From contig MU061579.1 in the NCBI GenBank assembly GCA_013265495.1, positions 6,920,124-6,984,123 of the forward strand: 64,000 nucleotides of DNA, written 5' to 3'. Shown piece after piece: positions 53,313 to 64,000 of the stretch. The DNA comes from Vicugna vicugna (lineage: Eukaryota). A program made the position numbers and the translations under genes. Numbering within the stretch: position 1 is the stretch's first letter; each line of letters begins with the position of its first letter. The notes below the pieces were generated by a model. That model saw only the letters and a program-made list of their open reading frames with translations. It was not told the origin of the DNA and made no database searches.

Positions 53313-54289
53313 ATCCATGAGATTTTGAGGTTGATTGTTATTGGAACATAACCTTGCCTTTATATCAATAATGCAAACATTAGAAGGAACAAAATAGAGA
53401 TGGAGTCCATTTAGTTGGCAAAATCAGGGAAGGCTTTTGTAAAAGTGACCTGGAAAGGATAAGCCTTGAAGGATGGAGGTGAAGCCATTCAGTATGAAAA
53501 ACTACAATACTGAGTTATATACCTTGACTTTGTCAGAGTAAATCTGCAATGAAGAGTAGAGAAAAGATAGGAAATACAAGCTAAGGAACTAGATATTTGT
53601 GAAAAGCTGTACTGGTAAATTGAGCATGAAGATAGAAAGATCAGTTAGGAGGCTACTGCAAAAGCTTAGAGAGGAAATAGTAAGTGTCAGAGCTAAGAAG
53701 TAATTAATGCTGCCCATTCCCAGATCCCTTCTGTGTTTACATTTAGAGCTTTGATAGTATCTGCCTTCCATCTACCCAGGTTCCTAGAGTCCCCAGCTCC
53801 AAGCTGAAGAATATTAACTAGCTACTAGCATGAATCTATTATAAGCCTTGTTCCTGGCTCTATTTTGATCTTGGACCCCCAGTATCAGGAAAAGTATGTG
53901 TCTTCCACTTTTAAATTGCAAGACTGCTTTTGAAATTCTGTGATCTGCTTTTCTGGTTTGCCACAGGCCCAGGAATCAATGTAGTTCTCTTGCCTTTTTC
54001 ATGTTGCTGTAGCTCATTGCTTACCTAGATTTTCTCATCTCAGCTAGACTGCTGTGTGGAGTAAAATCCAATGTCAGGTATATGAGTCTTAAACAGATGG
54101 AGTATCATTATTCTAATTTTATTACTAGGAGTGCAGAAAGCATTCATCTCTTGTCCACAGAATCCAAATGTTCTGGGCCATCCAAAAGCAGAGGAAATGT
54201 ACCGTACCCTTGCTGGGGGGAGGTGTGTAAAAGTTTTGACCATCTGACCTCTGAAACACCTTCTAGTGTTTAGAAAACTCTGTACTGCC

Positions 54290-54685
54290 TGAGTCTAGAT
54301 GCAGGACAGCCACTGTCCCTGGCTTCCTGGCCTCAGAAACCAGACTGGAGATTACAGGGCAATAATGCTGGCAATGTCTAGTGCCCAGTGGCAGTGGTGC
54401 CAGTGGTGATACCCAGTGAATGGTACTGGTGGTGGCAGGGGTGCACTGCAGTGTTTAGTCTTCAGCAGCTGAAGAGTCAGTGCTGTCCTAGTGTCTGTTC
54501 TTGTGATACTTTAGGTTGTGGATCCAACGAGCTGAACTATTGTGGTCCCCTCCCATTTTCCAAGCCTGATTCTTCATCACTCCCAACAACTACTATCCAA
54601 TTATGTCCCGGAAAATTGCTTATATGCTTAAGCCAATCAGCACCATTTCTGTTACTTTCTACCAAAAACCCTATGTAGGACAGAT
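54290..54685 (+). mobile_element. Probable old ERV-L-class LTR
   Basis: LTR-like 3' end: tgcttaagccaatcagcaccatttctgttactttctaccaaaaaccct. Confidence 0.45.
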
Positions 54686-54939
54686 GGTTGATTTCTTAAT
54701 TTTCCACCTAAATCATATATAAATCAAGCACTTGATTTCAAAGGGTAGTTAATCCTTTGAATTGAATTGGAACACATGTTGGATTATAGTCAGTAAATTT
54801 TATTGTCATATTCTAATTAACACAATTATGCAGAAAAGGTGGCAAAATTCTATGTTGACTTACCACTTCCTATTTAGTTTTACTCCCCTGAGTATCTTAT
54901 AACCTAGCTAAGAGTGTTCAAATTATTTTTAAAAATCAC

Positions 54940-55958
54940 TTTTTTCCTCTGTGTTTTCTTCCAGAAGTTTTGCAATTTCAGATCTTATGTTTAAGTCTTT
55001 AATCCATCTTGGGTCAATTTTTGTTCATGGTGTAAGATAAGGGGAAATTTTCATTCTTCTGCACATGGACATCTAATTTACCTAACAACACATATTGAAG
55101 AGACTATCCTTTCCTCATTTTGTATTCTTGGCACCCTTGTTGAGGATTATTTGACTGTGTATGGATGGGTTTATTTCTGAGCTCTCTATCCTCTTCCATT
55201 GATTGATGTGTCTGTTGTTATGCCAGTGCTATACTGTACTGATTACTATGGCTTAGTAAAATCATTTGAAATGAGGAAATGCGATACCTCCAGCTTTGTT
55301 TCCTTGCTCAGAATTGCTCTGGCTCTTTGGAGTCTTTAGTGCTTCTATGTGAATTTTAGGATTGTTTCATCTATTGATCTTGGCAATGATTTTTTTTAAG
55401 CTATGACACCCAAAGCACAAGCAACAAAAGCAAAAATAAATAAGGGAGATTACATCAAACTAAAAAGCTGCATGGGCAAAGGAAACCACCAACAAACTGA
55501 CAGAATCAGAGAAAGTATCTGTAAACCATATATCTTATAAAGGACTAATATCCACATTGTATAAGAAACTCATACATCTTAATAGCAAAAACAGAACAAA
55601 AACAAATAACCCAATTAAAACATGGGCAAAGGAACTAAACTGATATTTCTCCAAAGATATACACATGGCCAAAAAATGGTTATATGAGAAGATGCTTAAC
55701 AGCATTAATCATCAGAGAAATGCAAATCAAAACTACAGTGAGATATCACCTCATACCTACTAGGAAGGTTATTTAAAAAACAAAAGACAAGTTTTGGCAA
55801 GGATGGAGAGAAAAGAGAATCCTTGCACACTGTTGGTAGGAAGGTATATTGGTACAGCTTTTATGTATGAAGACAGTATGGAAGGTCCTCAAAAAATTAG
55901 AAATAGAACTATTATATGATCCAGCAATCCCACTTCTGAGTATATATTCAAAGGAATT
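54940..55958 (+). mobile_element. Old L1 with 5' inversion (antisense 54940-~55372; sense ~55373-55958), 3' end missing
   Basis: Antisense ORF2 cctctgtgttttcttccagaag...gaattttaggattg abuts sense attgatcttggcaatgatttt...atatgatccagcaatcccacttctgag. Confidence 0.85.
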
Positions 55959-56239
55959 CATTTAAACTCTCTGAGCCTCTTGTACCCATCTATAAAGCTG
56001 AGCTGTTAATAGAATTAAAGGATATGGAATTTAGCTTTTACACAATAAAATTTTTAAAAAATCAATGTAAATAGGCAATGTAGCTAACTTTGTCATCCAA
56101 GTAGAGTATTTTATACCTTATACTGTTTGATTTTCCTAACAACCAATATAAAATATATAGAAAGTGCAAATCATGTCCATCAGTTTGGATCTTGTTATTA
56201 TATTAGTAGCCATGTGGCATATTATAATTAAGCTACAGT

Positions 56240-56435
56240 TCAGTATTAAGAGATCTAGTTTTGAGCCTGGCTTTGCCATCCACCAACTGAGTGAACCTGG
56301 ACGTGCCCTAAAATCTCTTGATCCACTTTTGCAAGTTAGAAAAAAATGGTAGGGGTGGGGTGACTATAATAAATCCAGAACCTACCTCACAGGGTTAGAA
56401 TCAAAATGAGTTGACATGTACAAAAGTGCTTCGTA
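56240..56435 (+). mobile_element. MIR SINE
   Basis: gagatctagttttgagcctggctttgccatccaccaactgagtgaacctgg...cctacctcacagggttagaatcaaaatgag...aaaagtgctt. Confidence 0.65.
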
Positions 56436-58294
56436 AAAATTAATTCTCCAAGTAAGTATCGGATGATGGAACAGGAGAGAAGAGGGTGACTGAAGGGACT
56501 GTATTTGCGATTAACGTCAGGAGGGGGAAAAAGCTTGGCAATCATAAAACAAGAATAAAACAATTTATAAATATAAAATAATCTACAGATTTTTATTAAG
56601 AAATTTACCTTACTTTCTTCTACTTGGTGTGGTATGTGTTGTGCTCTCACAACAATGTAAGTGTTTAGAAGGTTGTAAGAGGCACACTGATCAAAAAATA
56701 TATTAAACAGATTTGGAAGGGGGTGGATATAAAGTTAGAACTTCTGAGTCATGAAAACATCAGACAGCAAATTCAGAAAGGTGTAACTTTATTTAAAACC
56801 GAGCTGCTGTGAATTCTGTTGTGCTGCAGACACCTCTGAATCAACCGTCTCTGTTGGCAAATTGTTATGCTGACAAATTCTCACATCAACTGAAAATTTC
56901 CATTTTGTAAACAAGTAAGTGGGTTCTTGATGGTCTGAATTAGATCCTTTAGCTGGAACTTTGGAAACTGGACTCCTTGTTTGAGTGACCCTGTATAATC
57001 CATTTCTCACATCTGCAGAAAGATTCAAATATTTATCTCCCAAATCAGGGAGCCAATGTGAACATTCATGTAACATTAAGTCTAAATTTTTCTTCAAGTT
57101 TGGGAAACAAAAATACACGGCTGGCTTCATTGGCTAGATTTCCTGAGATAAGAGTAGCCTGGTGTGTTAATTTGGTCATCTTTATGACACTAGAGGCTCT
57201 ATTTCCACTTCTGTCCACAACAGGACAAATGCAGAACGCTGATCCAGAAGCACCCAGGCCAGAAGATTTGATGTAGAGAAATATGAGTGTATTAGTAGGC
57301 AAATACTGGGTAATAGATCTTCCTTCTACTGGGTCAGAGTTAGTCACAGGGACTCTGGTTGTGTGCTTTATGATCACAACCCCTGTCATCCAAGCAGGAC
57401 AAACTGGACATGTGACACAGCCATGCAGCTGGGGAAAAAATCAGGGAAGTAGGTGAGGTCTATTTGCATACCATGGACTTTGGATCAGGTAACCTGCACA
57501 CACATCACAAAGGTATGCAAGGGACAGCAGTGTCCAAGAAGGGACATCAAGTGGGGAGATAAGAGGTGTTGGGCCCAGAGCCCAGAAACAGTGGGATTAA
57601 ATGAGATGCCTATTAAAAGACTTCCACAGTGTCTAGCTTGCAGATGTTCAGTTTATTGATACTATTAGACATTAGTGTTCTTTCTTCCTGTTTTATAAAA
57701 TTACTTTGTGGAAGGGGGTATTATCTATATACCCATGGGAGCTGGATTCCATGACCACAAGTTTCCTTCTAGCTCTATGAGTAGATGGATCTAGCAGTAA
57801 TTTTACCCTGGAGCAGCACTGTTTTATCAAGAACTGGCATCACTGTTTTATAAAGACAGGGCACTTCTTTATGGTCCTCTAGCCAGCTAACTGGGGTGAG
57901 TGAGAGGGTGAAGAAGGGAAAACTTCTTGATCACAAGCTTGGGACCAAGCCCATTTTTCATGTACTTTTATCTTCCTATTTCTAGATGATTTTCTAGATG
58001 CTCCAGCCAACTTCAGAGATGATATGGGTTTACCTGTGGTCCTGTGAGGAAAGAACAGGGCCCAAAGAAAACAAGGAGTTTGGAAGTCTTTGTCATTAGA
58101 TCAAAATCCTACAAGTTGGAAGAGTCTAGCCTTGTGTGATCTTGTGAACACAGACCTGCTTTCCTATTTGGAAATATGATAACCAGCCTTCCACACCTGT
58201 GAACACAGGGCTGAACAACCCTTTTTTTTTTTTTTTTTGTTACTAAAGATGTTAGCCAGGGCCAGACCTGAGCAAAATTAGAAAACAGAGGTGG

Positions 58295-58445
58295 TATGTT
58301 ACAAAGATTACTGAGACAGGGGCCCAAATACCTGGATCTCAGCTCTAACATTAACCAGTTATATGACCTTGGACAAGTCATTTCTATTTTTTGAACCTTA
58401 GTTTTCTCAGGTGTAAAATGAGAGTAATAATAACATGTTTACAAG
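58295..58445 (+). mobile_element. MIR SINE
   Basis: cagctctaacattaaccagttatatgaccttggacaagtcattt...ttgaaccttagttttctcaggtgtaaaatgagagtaataata. Confidence 0.75.
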
Positions 58446-59999
58446 ATGTTTAAACAGACATAAAGACAAAGCAGTCTCCACGCCATAAGTCAGGGCCTGT
58501 CTTCCACTTGCATGCCTGCTCCCTTCCTTCCCTTTTCAGTCTCTCTCCCTCCCCAACCCTCCACTCATGTAGCCAACAGTTCCCCAGGATGCAAAATACA
58601 TCTAGCTAATTCATAACAGTGTTAGCACCATGGGTGACTCTTCCCTTATGCCGTCAGCCTGCTAATGAATGAATCTCTGGTTTGGGGCTATTAGATATTA
58701 GCAAGAGATGGGATGGAAAAAGGTACAAGTGTGTGTGTGGGGGGGGGTCACTGATCTGGTATCCTTGGGTAGAAATCTTCCTGAAAACCCAGAGACAGCA
58801 GCCTGCTCTACCTGATGCAAGGCTGGCTGTGCTGGGAGCCTTTTGAATCACAGCCCCACAGATAATGTGAAATCCTCTCTCCTCTGCATCCTTGGTCTGC
58901 AGTGACACTGGCAGATGCTAAACTTCGGCCTGTCTAGAACAGCTAATTAGGTTAGAGAGGCTGCCAAAAATCCCAAAGTCATCCTAAGAAAATGAAACAC
59001 TTTGAAGCAAAGGTCAGAAGACACAAACACTAATTCGATTTTTAAGAGAGAAACCACCAAATAAGAAGGGGTAGGGGAGCAGCGGAGAGAAAGAAAGGCA
59101 GGCACGCAAGACCTTCACAATCTGGCAACTCCTCATCAGTCTTATAAACAACATTGAGATCAGGCATAAAGTGGTCCTGGCTCCTTTCTCCAGTAAGAAA
59201 CACTGTATATTCATGAAGGATGATACTGTAATAGATACTGTATATTCATAACCTCTTCCAGAAAGCTCAGTCCGTACCTCCTGGGACATCAGGAGAGCTT
59301 TCAGAGAGTTCTTCCTGCTGGAGAACATTCCCACCTGGGAGTAATGAGGCTGGAGAGAGAAAGGATTTGCTAAATGGAATCAGTTAAACAAATACATGGG
59401 GCGTGTTCCAGCCTTCTTTATTGGTTGCATCAAATTATTACAAAGTAAGAATTGCTGTCTGCCCCCTTGTTCTCAGTAGCGGAGAGGCAGCCTTAAAAAC
59501 CTAGAGACCCAATTCTCCAAAAAGGTTATGCCAGAAAGTGTGTTGGAGATGCCGTTGGGGTATCAAAATAAACAGCAGTGTGTATGACTTCACTGCCACC
59601 AGCAGGGCCGAGAAGAAGTGCAGGCCAGGAGCAGGCCAGGAGCTGCCTAGAGCAGATGCCCCAGGTGAGAGGATAACACTTGCAGCCGAGCTCCTCTCAC
59701 ACCGTGCCCACCCGCCCCTTCCTCAATTTTAAGGATTTGGAAAAGCTGTTCTTCCTCTCTAAAAGGCATTCTTGCCCTAAAGCTCAACCAAACTCCAGGT
59801 GAGGCTCCAAGCACGCCCTCCTCCCTTCCCCCACTCCACAGCACCGACTTATTCTAGGAGGTCTTCTTTCGTGCCCAGGGATTTGCAGTATTTCGGTAGG
59901 TGCAGTGGAGTGTAGCCCGGAGATGGAAATTCTGTGGCTCAGTCCTGCATTTCATGTCACCCCAGACGTGGACCAGACCTCTTGCTGTATATCCACCTC

Positions 60000-62100
60000 A
60001 CGCCCAGACCCCAGGTAGCAGCTCCGCGTCGGCTCTGGCCACGCTGGATCAGCTTCAGGTGGAGCCGATTCACGCTTTCCAAGGACTTGGAAAAGCTAGT
60101 CAACGCTAACTCTGATCTCTCGCACCTAGCCCCAATCCGTGGCCACCTGCACTTTGTAAGACGTTGAGCCGGCGGCGCTCCCCAGAGCCCGCACGGGCCT
60201 GCGGTGCTCAGGCACGAGCCAGGCCGCGCGGGGCTCCCGGCATCCTCCCGTCCGGCTGGCCCTGGAGCCTCCGGACTGGAGGAATGGCCTGGGAATGCGC
60301 GGGGAGGGAGCAGAAAGGGACCACCCCCCCGGAGCCTTAGAGACCTCAGGAGGGCTCCCCGCGGAAATCGGCTCTTGGAAAGGTTCCGTGGCCACGCGGC
60401 GAAGAGCACGTGAGCGGCGCTGCTTCGCTATAAAAAACCCCCGCTCTGCTGCGCGTAGGGAGCGAGCGGAGCGGCAGGACGCGGCTACCTGCGCCAAGAG
60501 AAACGGCGACAGTGATACTCCCTCCAAGACGGTCCCGAGTTTTGATGCTTCAGTCCCTGGGGGTCCGAGCTTCGTGCATGCGTCTAACTTTGAGGCCGAA
60601 TTCCCAGCACTTAGACAAAACCGCGCAGATGCCGGCACGCGTGCATTTTCGAAAATGTTCAGGGCTTGTTTGACCTTTAGAGTTGGAAGAGTAGCAGAAG
60701 TCTCAGGCTAATTTCTTTCTTGTCCTCCGTTGAGGGGACGGACAGGAGAGCCCGGGCTCGCCCTCACAGCCCTCGCCCGAGTCCCCAGTGCCCCAGCCGC
60801 TCTTTAAGTCGCGGGGTATTCCTGCGCCCCGCAGGAGGCAGCTTGTGATAAACTCCGGACGCCTTTCCTAGATAAAGTTTAGTCTGCTCTCCTTGCCCAC
60901 TCCGTCCCGGCCGCGTTGACAGCCCCCTCCTCCCGCGGCGGGCGCGGGCGAGAGCGCGGGCGGGGAGATGGCCGCGGACTCGGCGACCGACGCGGGCGCT
61001 TCCCGGCGCAAAGGGGCGCCGCACGCGTAGCAGCCACCACGCTGACCTCCCGCTCCCGCTAGCTGCAGCGCTGAGCTCCGGCCGAGAGCGAAGGCAAAAG
61101 ACCAAAAGGGCAGGGAGCGGCGGCGACAGCGGCCCGGGGGCCGTATGGCCGCTCTCCGCTGGCCGGCGGTGTGCGCCACGGAGCTCGCCCGCGGCGCCTG
61201 TGGCTCAGAGCGGCTCTAAGCCGCGCCGCCTGCGGGGATCGACCTAGCCCTTCCGCGGAGCCGCGGGCAGGAACCCGAGGAGCAGGAGGCAGCGGTTATT
61301 TCTCCCTGAGGGCGATGTGGCCGGCCGGTGCGGGCATCAAACTGCCCTGTCCCCGGGACTCTGCCCTCCGGCGGGCGGCTTTCTCCGGGAACCTAACCGC
61401 CCTGCCTTCTCACCTCGTGCCCGCCGGCCGCAGCGTCCGGGTCTTCATCAGCGCCAACCCTGAAGGTAAGTCCTTTGCTTGGGCTTGTCCGTCTGTCCTT
61501 CTATCCGTCTACGCGGGGGGAGCCGGAGAGAGTGCCACGGCACAGCCGGGTACGCTGTGCGTTCCCTGCGCTCCCTTTCTCTAGCTCATACCGAGGCTGC
61601 CTGAGCGCGTGGGGATTTAATTTGAGTCACTTTTCTTCTCTCGCTCATCTCTTCTGCCTGCTGACTTAGACCCATTTCTCGCCCCATGAATTACTTACCC
61701 CGGTTGGGCTAAGAAACGTCCGAGGCATTCGCAGACGCTTCTGGAAGCTCCATCCTGCCACCCTACACCCCCACCCCGTTTTCCTTTCCTTTAGTGGTTT
61801 CTTCTTCGAGGTTATCGTAAACGCAAGTGGTAGATCCTCTCGCTCTCAGCCTAGGCAGATTCCTGAACGGGGGGCTCCCTCTTTTGCCTCTTGTTCAGGC
61901 TGAGGCGAAGTGAGCAAGGGTTTCCCTGAGGCTCGCCTCTTGCGGTTGTGCGAGTCGTATCTTTTGCCTTGAGGAGGCCGAGAGGACCCTCGTGAACCTA
62001 AGACCCGCAGAGATGGAGGGGAAACGCGCTGTGGGGTCCCGGGACTGGCTGGCGCTCAGCCCGGTGCTGGTTTCGCGGTGGAGTGTTTAGGATGAGCTCA
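60000..62100. promoter_or_regulatory. NWD2: CpG island promoter of NWD2 (core ~60160-61620)
   Basis: Abrupt switch to GC- and CpG-rich sequence against a CpG-depleted background; GC box gggcgggg at 60958-60965; spans the first coding exon. Confidence 0.9.
61315..61465 (+). CDS. NWD2: NACHT and WD repeat domain-containing protein 2, first coding exon (151 nt, phase-1 intron follows)
   Basis: Encodes MWPAGAGIKLPCPRDSALRRAAFSGNLTALPSHLVPAGRSVRVFISANPE, which I recognise as the NWD2 (KIAA1239) N-terminus; start context ggcgATGt; canonical donor GAAG|gtaagt; lies in a CpG island. Confidence 0.93.
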
Positions 62101-64000
62101 TCTCTACAGTTGAGCCTTGGGCTAGATCACCCTGTCTAGAACTTGGCCTTCTCAGTCGTGTTTCTGCTTAAGGCTGGGCATCTGGTAGGCGCTAGATGAA
62201 AACTTGTTGAGGTATTGCATTCACAAACCCCAGCGGCTGAGCGCTGGGTGGTCAATTTCTTGCTCATCGTGGCTTCTCAGTTCTCAGTTCTGAATGTTAA
62301 CTTTCATTCCTACTAAGTGAAGAAGTGGGATGCATTTGACTTAGGCTGGATAAAACTGTAGGGAATTGCTCTTTTCTAGAAATATAGATGGCCCCAAGAT
62401 GAGTTTATTGGAAACTGAAATAGATATGTGAGATCTGAAACTAACTTGCTGCACCTTAACAAGCCTTGGGTCTGAAAAAGAAGTAAAAGGAAAAAAGAAA
62501 GTTAACACTTAGCCATTGGATAGAATCATTTGAAAACCCAAGGCCCTGGTTGCTTGTGAAAAGCATTCAGAGGACCAACAAAAAATAACTTTCTAAAAAG
62601 TAGTTTTCCAGTAACTATTTCTGCTGGCAGAAATTTCAGGTAAAGTTCACATTATGACGAGGGGATTGGGGGAAGAATCAAATAGATGACCCACAGTGAT
62701 TAGTATTAGGACTACATACTTTTGAGGGAAGGCTTTAATCAGTTTACAACTCACTTTCACAGAACTTAATAATTAAGGAGACTTTTTGGAAGCCGCAGTA
62801 CCCTCTTTAAAAACCTTTTTATCTGAAATGTTTAACAGGATTTTTTACTTAAATCTGGATAATGAAAATCATGGAGTTATGCAGCCTGTTTGAGGACCTA
62901 AGGAAATCTACCACTTAAGTTTTCAGTGTTGTTTTCAAAATATTGCTAAAATAAAGTCTTTTTAAAGTATTTGAGGGAATTGTTCGAAAATATTCAGTCT
63001 TAAAATTTTTAATTTTCCTGAGCTTAAAAAAAAACCCTTCTGCGAAGTGTTCAAACGTGTAGTAGATGTAAAACGAGGTAAATTACTACATTTCTCTTTA
63101 AACACGTTGCTTTTAAAATAACTGAAAATTCTGTTACCATTAGTAATTACTCTTTAAAATTGTAATTTCTGGGATAAAAATCAATGATAGTTTTTATCAA
63201 GTCAGCTTAATATTGAGTTAATATTCAAGATTAATGCTGTTTTTCTTAAGCCTGTACATGTGATTCTATAGTTTCTCCAGTTTCTTGACGTAAAAACCTT
63301 ACCATGTATTAATCTGAGGAAAGCAAACAAAAGGGAGGAGCAGATCACGCCTTTTAGTCACTGAGCTGGGCAGCTTGTACATTGATCTTAAAGGACCAGA
63401 TTGTGACTCTTACCTGAGAAATTGCAATAGGGGCAGGGCTTCAGATTTTATCCCAACTGGAGAGCCAAGAGTATATTAAATAGAAAAGACTGAGATGGAT
63501 ATTTTTTTAGGGCCTGAACATGAAGCTTTGGAATCTTTGTAAATGCTCCATCAGAGGCAGTACTTTACGGTAAAATCTTTATGTATACAGTTCAGGAAGC
63601 AAGTGGTTGTGTTTTGGTGTGATCCAATATTAGACTGTTGGCCAATACTCAAGAGCCTCTCCACTGTCAAATTAAGACAAAGAACGTTATCTCATGCTTT
63701 CCTTTACAAGTGAAATCTAATTTATGCTCTAAGTAAAAGGCACTCTGTATTGAACTAATCACAGTACTTTAAAGAATCCAGCAAGGATCTCCTTAGATTC
63801 CCTTATAAGGCTTGTATGGAATTTCCCTGCCAGTAAGTAAGATAATACATGTCTTTAGAATGGAAAAATTATTTTCACAGAGACTAGTTCGTTTAGTATT
63901 TTAAATTTGATTTTCATCCTCAAACCCTGTGAGGATGGTGGACAGAGGATGTTCTCGCTATTTTACAAGTGAGAAGACTGAGGCTGCACCACGGTAAGCT
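61466..64000 (+). other. NWD2: Start of NWD2 intron 1 (runs past the window end)
   Basis: gtaagt donor at 61466; no recognisable next coding exon before the end; MIR fragment at ~63890-63990. Confidence 0.85.

Noticed and set aside
58621..58640. REST/RE1-like site (ttagcaccatgg)
   Set aside because: Only the left half matches; the GGACAG right half is absent.
59900..61179. Several overlapping 70-170 aa ORFs on both strands
   Set aside because: Expected in a GC-rich island with few stop codons; Arg/Gly/Pro/Ala-rich with no recognisable domain.
61466..61584. ORF-track continuation of NWD2 (GKSFAWACP...)
   Set aside because: Read-through into intron 1 past the canonical gtaagt donor.

Overview
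Mammalian nuclear DNA, most likely a camelid, judged from a tRNA-derived SINE at ~32.67 kb that resembles the camelid Vic-1 family as I recall it. About 60 kb is AT-rich, CpG-depleted intergenic DNA full of transposable-element relics: L1s of several ages, MIR, L2, MaLR/MLT1 LTRs, two ERV-L pol relics and hAT DNA transposons. The last ~4 kb holds a CpG island with the first coding exon of NWD2 (NACHT and WD repeat domain-containing protein 2; ATG 61315, donor GAAG|gtaagt at 61465/61466) and the start of its first intron. Apart from that exon, the ORF track is TE debris or chance ORFs. I see no convincing previously undescribed biological system. The best-supported unusual structures are three independent 5'-inverted (twin-primed) L1 insertions, a perfect fold-back hairpin at an L1 5' junction, a nested tandem duplication in an L1 3' UTR, a possible short 3' transduction and several nested insertions with recoverable TSDs. 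Two candidate uORFs and a G-quadruplex motif lie just upstream of the NWD2 start. Repeat family names come from recognition of consensus-like sequence, not from a database search, and boundaries of old repeats are approximate.
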